This document shows, in pieces, positions 29,885 to 32,000 of a DNA stretch of 32,000 nt; the first letter of the stretch is position 1, and each line of letters begins with the position of its first letter. This stretch comes from an uncultured archaeon (GTDB lineage: Archaea > Asgardarchaeota > Thorarchaeia > Thorarchaeales > Thorarchaeaceae): positions 17,582 to 49,581 of the forward strand of contig CAYYQL010000017.1 of assembly GCA_964473825.1 (NCBI GenBank), written 5' to 3'. The position numbers were made by a program, and so were the translations under genes. The notes beneath the pieces are model-generated. The model was not told where the DNA came from. It saw only the letters and a program-made list of their open reading frames with translations, and searched no databases.

Positions 29885-30711
29885 AATTGAATATTGAGAG
29901 CCACATTGGAAGCCCGCGCTCGGTGAAACTGAAAAGGGTAGTGAGCGAGAATGAAAAAGTCAGAACACTATTGTTCGAAGAGCCCTCGGCAGGGTGCTCT
30001 ATTGCGCCTGGCCAGTTCTTGATGATTTGGGTTCCGGGTTTAGATGAGATACCGATGAGTATATCCCACTGGGAGCCCCCCATACTTGGATTCACGGTAG
30101 CACCCGTTGGTGACAGCACCGTAGCATTGTCTCACAAGAAAGAGGGAGATTGGATAGGAGTTAGAGGGCCCTTTGGACAGCCCTTTCATATCAAGAACTT
30201 GGATGCTCTAGTAGTAGGCGGAGGGATTGGGGCAGGACCACTTCGACCATTGGTCTACAAGCTTGTGAAACAGCGGACTCATGTGACTTTACTTCTTGCG
30301 GGAAGGACGGCAGATGATTTGATATTTGTGGAGGAATTCGAGAGACTTGCAGGTCATGGATTGACTCTGGAGCTTGCAACGGATGATGGTTCAGCAGGCT
30401 TTCAAGGGTTAGCAGATATCTTCACCGAAACTCTCTGTGATAGATGCAAACCAGAGATTATCTATACTTGCGGTCCAGAGTTGATGATGCGCAAGTTGAC
30501 AGAGATTGCACATGAGAGGGATATCGAGATTCAGGCATCACTCGAGCGGTTCATGAAATGCGGTTGTGGAATCTGTGGTACATGTGCGATGGATCCGGAC
30601 GGTTGTTTGGTTTGTCTGGACGGACCTGTATTCATGGGGGAGAAACTGAGAGAACTGACAGAGTTCGGAGAGTATCACCGAGATTCAACTGGAGTAAGAA
30701 AAGAGTATTAG
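29881..30711 (+). CDS. pyrK: Dihydroorotate dehydrogenase electron-transfer subunit (FAD / 2Fe-2S)
   Basis: TTG start overlapping the pyrD stop (TTGA). GGGIGAGPLRPL (nucleotide binding), and C-terminal CGCGICGTCAMDPDGCLVCLDGPVF (2Fe-2S ligands). Confidence 0.88.
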   Translation: MKLNIESHIGSPRSVKLKRVVSENEKVRTLLFEEPSAGCSIAPGQFLMIWVPGLDEIPMSISHWEPPILGFTVAPVGDSTVALSHKKEGDWIGVRGPFGQPFHIKNLDALVVGGGIGAGPLRPLVYKLVKQRTHVTLLLAGRTADDLIFVEEFERLAGHGLTLELATDDGSAGFQGLADIFTETLCDRCKPEIIYTCGPELMMRKLTEIAHERDIEIQASLERFMKCGCGICGTCAMDPDGCLVCLDGPVFMGEKLRELTEFGEYHRDSTGVRKEY

Positions 30712-30758
30712 AGAGAACCAAGCCTCAAGAAGCAAGACTTGGGTTCTTAGAAAGTGGA

Positions 30759-30920
30759 CTAGCCACGTACGCCAACGGTGCGTCCCTTTATGACGCGCTT
30801 TACGTAGTTTTTCTTGTTGCGAACACGTGGAATCGGGCTGTGACGTTCGCGACCTTGAACCTTTGGGGTCTGCTCACGAACTTTTCCCGCCTTTGTAAGA
30901 GAACCGTGTGAACCAGGCAT
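30759..30920 (-). CDS. rps30e: 30S ribosomal protein eS30 (S30e)
   Basis: Absent from the ORF track because it is only 53 aa. Hand translation: [59 protein letters not shown] lies 7 nt upstream. The [14 protein letters not shown] motif is diagnostic. Confidence 0.88.
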   Translation of the reverse strand: MPGSHGSLTKAGKVREQTPKVQGRERHSPIPRVRNKKNYVKRVIKGRTVGVRG

Positions 30921-30960
30921 TTGTTATCTCCTCTTGTCTATCTTCAGTCTTGAAAGTGGT

Positions 30961-30969
30961 CATAAAAAG
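30961..30969 (-). promoter_or_regulatory. TATA-box-like CTTTTTATG upstream of eS30
   Basis: Reverse complement of cataaaaag, about 41 nt upstream of the eS30 ATG. Confidence 0.45.
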
Positions 30970-31054
30970 GTATCCAATGAGCAACATAGTTGACAATGAT
31001 TCGTCATTGACCGTATGGTACATATCAGCTTGTATCAGAGTACAGCTTGATATC

Positions 31055-32000
31055 ATGCCAACCACTGAGAAATACAGGCTTCATAGAGATATAATCGATG
31101 CACTACTAGAAACGGAAGACACTCTGAACAGACAAAGAGTCAACAGAATCAAGAATAAGATATGCGGAGAGCATGCTTCAGGTAGAGTGCCATCGAATGC
31201 AGATGTATTGCAGGACGCAACTCCCGAGGAGAGAAACCTTCTGCAACCATTCTTGCAGAAAAGGCCGGTTAGGACAATCTCAGGCGTAGCAGTGGTTGCG
31301 GTGATGACGGAACCTTGGAGATGCCCACACGGGAGTTGTGCCTACTGCCCTGGTGGCCCTGAGATGGGAGTTCCACAGAGCTACACTGGTCACGAACCTG
31401 CAACAATGAGAGGACTAGAGCATGGTTTTGACCCCCATAGTCAGGTACAGAGTCGTCTCAACCAGCTCAGGGCAATAGGACATTCGGTCCAGAAAGTAGA
31501 ATTGATTGTCATGGGGGGAGATTGGTGTTCTAAGGATTCCAACTATCGAGAGTGTTTTGTGAAACGTTGCTTTGATGCAATGAACGGTACTGCCAGTTCA
31601 GATTTGGAAGAAGCCAAGACAATCAACGAAACGGCTGATGTCAGAAATGTTGGTCTGACCTTTGAAACTAGGCCGGATTTCGTCACAACGGACAGTATAG
31701 ACCAGATGCTTGCAATGGGAGGTACTAGAGTTGAGATTGGCGTGCAGACACTATCAGATGAGATTCTGGAAAGGGTACAAAGAGGTCACGACGTGGAAGC
31801 GACTGTCCGTGCAACAAAGCTGCTTCGCGACAGCGGTCTGAAGATCTGTTATCATATGATGCCCGGTCTCCCCGGTAGTACCATAGAGCGCGATCTGAAT
31901 ACCTTTGAACAATTGTTTGATGACGATAGATTTCGTCCTGATATGCTTAAGATATACCCAACAATTGTTGTCAAAAACACGGATCTATATGATTGGTGGA
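31055..32000 (+). CDS. elp3: Elp3-family radical SAM / acetyltransferase tRNA-modification enzyme (N-terminal part; runs off the window)
   Basis: Not in the ORF track (no stop within the window). From ATG 31055: MPTTEKYRLHRDII...RPVRTISGVAVVAVMTEPWRCPHGSCAYCPGGPEMGVPQSYTGHEPATMRG...VELIVMGG...VEIGVQTLSDEILERVQRGH...CYHMMPGLPGS...DMLKIYPT. This is the Elp3 radical-SAM core. Confidence 0.9.
   Translation, partial: MPTTEKYRLHRDIIDALLETEDTLNRQRVNRIKNKICGEHASGRVPSNADVLQDATPEERNLLQPFLQKRPVRTISGVAVVAVMTEPWRCPHGSCAYCPGGPEMGVPQSYTGHEPATMRGLEHGFDPHSQVQSRLNQLRAIGHSVQKVELIVMGGDWCSKDSNYRECFVKRCFDAMNGTASSDLEEAKTINETADVRNVGLTFETRPDFVTTDSIDQMLAMGGTRVEIGVQTLSDEILERVQRGHDVEATVRATKLLRDSGLKICYHMMPGLPGSTIERDLNTFEQLFDDDRFRPDMLKIYPTIVVKNTDLYDWW

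Overview
This window reads as a gene-dense archaeal chromosome segment, and it is mostly core informational and housekeeping genes. All family calls come from motif recognition by eye; no searches were run.

Contents, left to right:
- A partial YchF/Obg-type GTPase at the left edge.
- A six-gene cluster of uncharacterised function: two NifX-like proteins, two MinD-type ATPases with ferredoxin inserts, DUF5320 and DUF134.
- An intron-containing initiator tRNA.
- The classic archaeal block eS31-eS24-Spt4-RpoE'-PIN(Fcf1-like)-aIF2gamma-eS6.
- A site-2 protease.
- A tight ttuA-like / nucleotidyltransferase / radical-SAM operon.
- Pelota preceded by a protease-less, membrane-less LonB-type AAA+ ATPase.
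- OsmC and DnaG primase.
- A gap of about 0.7 kb with no credible ORF.
- An MBL-fold hydrolase and two tandem MetAP paralogues.
- A DUF1512 gene pair, an orphan 5S rRNA and a secreted protein.
- A tRNA-Trp with two introns.
- RNase HII, an HTH regulator, fibrillarin-Nop5, pyrD-pyrK, eS30 and a partial Elp3 at the right edge.

Lineage: eS30, eS31 and multi-intron tRNAs suggest a TACK/Asgard-like archaeon, but lineage cannot be fixed from the sequence alone.

Three short genes or edge ORFs are missing from the ORF track and were found by hand (eS31, eS30 and both edge-truncated genes), as were 5S rRNA and both tRNAs.

No mobile elements, CRISPR arrays or recognisable defence genes were seen. Most noteworthy:
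1. The NifX/MinD-Fd/DUF5320/DUF134 locus, with palindromic operator candidates.
2. rpoE' and dnaG both have conserved N-terminal coding sequence that lacks any ATG/GTG/TTG. Each has an SD followed by ATT or ATA at the right spacing.
3. A soluble zinc-ribbon LonB-like ATPase that appears co-transcribed with pelota.
4. A double-intron tRNA-Trp.
5. The unexplained non-coding gap upstream of dnaG.
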